A DNA stretch of 25,190 bases, taken from NCBI GenBank assembly GCA_035606295.1, contig DATNFQ010000126.1, positions 1-25,190 of the forward strand. Direction: 5' to 3'. Every line of letters starts with the position of its first letter. The stretch's first letter is position 1. This DNA is from Patescibacteria group bacterium (lineage in GTDB: Bacteria > Chloroflexota > Limnocylindria > Limnocylindrales > CSP1-4). Below are positions 24,913-25,190 of this stretch, one piece after another. The translations under genes and the position numbers were made by a program. The notes under the pieces are model-generated. The model had not been told where the DNA came from, searched no databases, and saw nothing but the letters and a program-made list of their open reading frames with translations.

Positions 24913-25190
24913 GTGGAAAAGATCATCCTCGACTGCGATCCCGGGCACGACGACGCCATCGCGATCCTGCTGGCCGCCGCCAACCCGGAAATCGACCTGC
25001 TCGGGATCACGACGGTCGCCGGGATCCACACGATCGAGAACGTCACCCGGAACGCCCTCGCCGTGTGCACCGCATACGGCATCCAGGTGCCGGTAGCACG
25101 AGGCGCCGAGGGGCCGTTGATCGGGCCCCAGACGCTCGCCAAGGAGATCCACGGGGAGACCGGTCTCGACGGCCCGGTCCTTCCGCCGGC
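24913..25190 (+). CDS. Inosine/uridine-preferring nucleoside hydrolase, 5' part (runs off the right edge)
   Basis: Translated by hand: [49 protein letters not shown]...[11 protein letters not shown]. It has the DxDxGxDD motif. GTG start with GAGGGA upstream. Confidence 0.92.
   Translation, partial: MEKIILDCDPGHDDAIAILLAAANPEIDLLGITTVAGIHTIENVTRNALAVCTAYGIQVPVARGAEGPLIGPQTLAKEIHGETGLDGPVLPP

Noticed and set aside
1-25190. tRNA, rRNA, SRP RNA, tmRNA and common riboswitches (TPP, SAM-I, cobalamin, glycine, fluoride, guanidine)
   Set aside because: No conserved signature was recognised in the intergenic regions by eye. An Rfam scan would be needed to exclude them formally.

Overview
GC-rich (roughly 70% by eye), gene-dense bacterial chromosomal window with about 27 coding regions. 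I found no rRNA, tRNA, CRISPR array, transposase or integrase. The gene style suggests Chloroflexota or Actinomycetota, but that is inference only. From left to right: a partial unknown ORF and a CsoR-family repressor with its operator; a translationally coupled trio of a PD-(D/E)xK-like nuclease domain, hpt and a membrane protein; a two-gene FtsX/MacB-type ABC system (duplicated permease, double-NBD ATPase) divergent from a CGNR zinc-finger gene; a complete livKHMGF-type ABC operon; a degenerate GNAT protein, an NYN protein with a ~470-aa disordered tail, holB and acyP; an Imm5-like protein; a coupled trio of a helical protein, an Mrr-like PD-(D/E)xK protein and an acyl-ACP thioesterase; an HTH regulator, FAD oxidoreductase and SRPBCC protein; a stand-alone secreted SGNH protein; mtnB with a cupin; a structured intergenic element; and the 5' end of a nucleoside hydrolase. 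The best candidates for undescribed systems are the two coupled operons that pair a nuclease-fold protein with a metabolic enzyme (1040-2606 and 18361-20116) and the NYN protein with an RNase E-like scaffold tail. All family calls come from motif recognition by eye, with no database searches.
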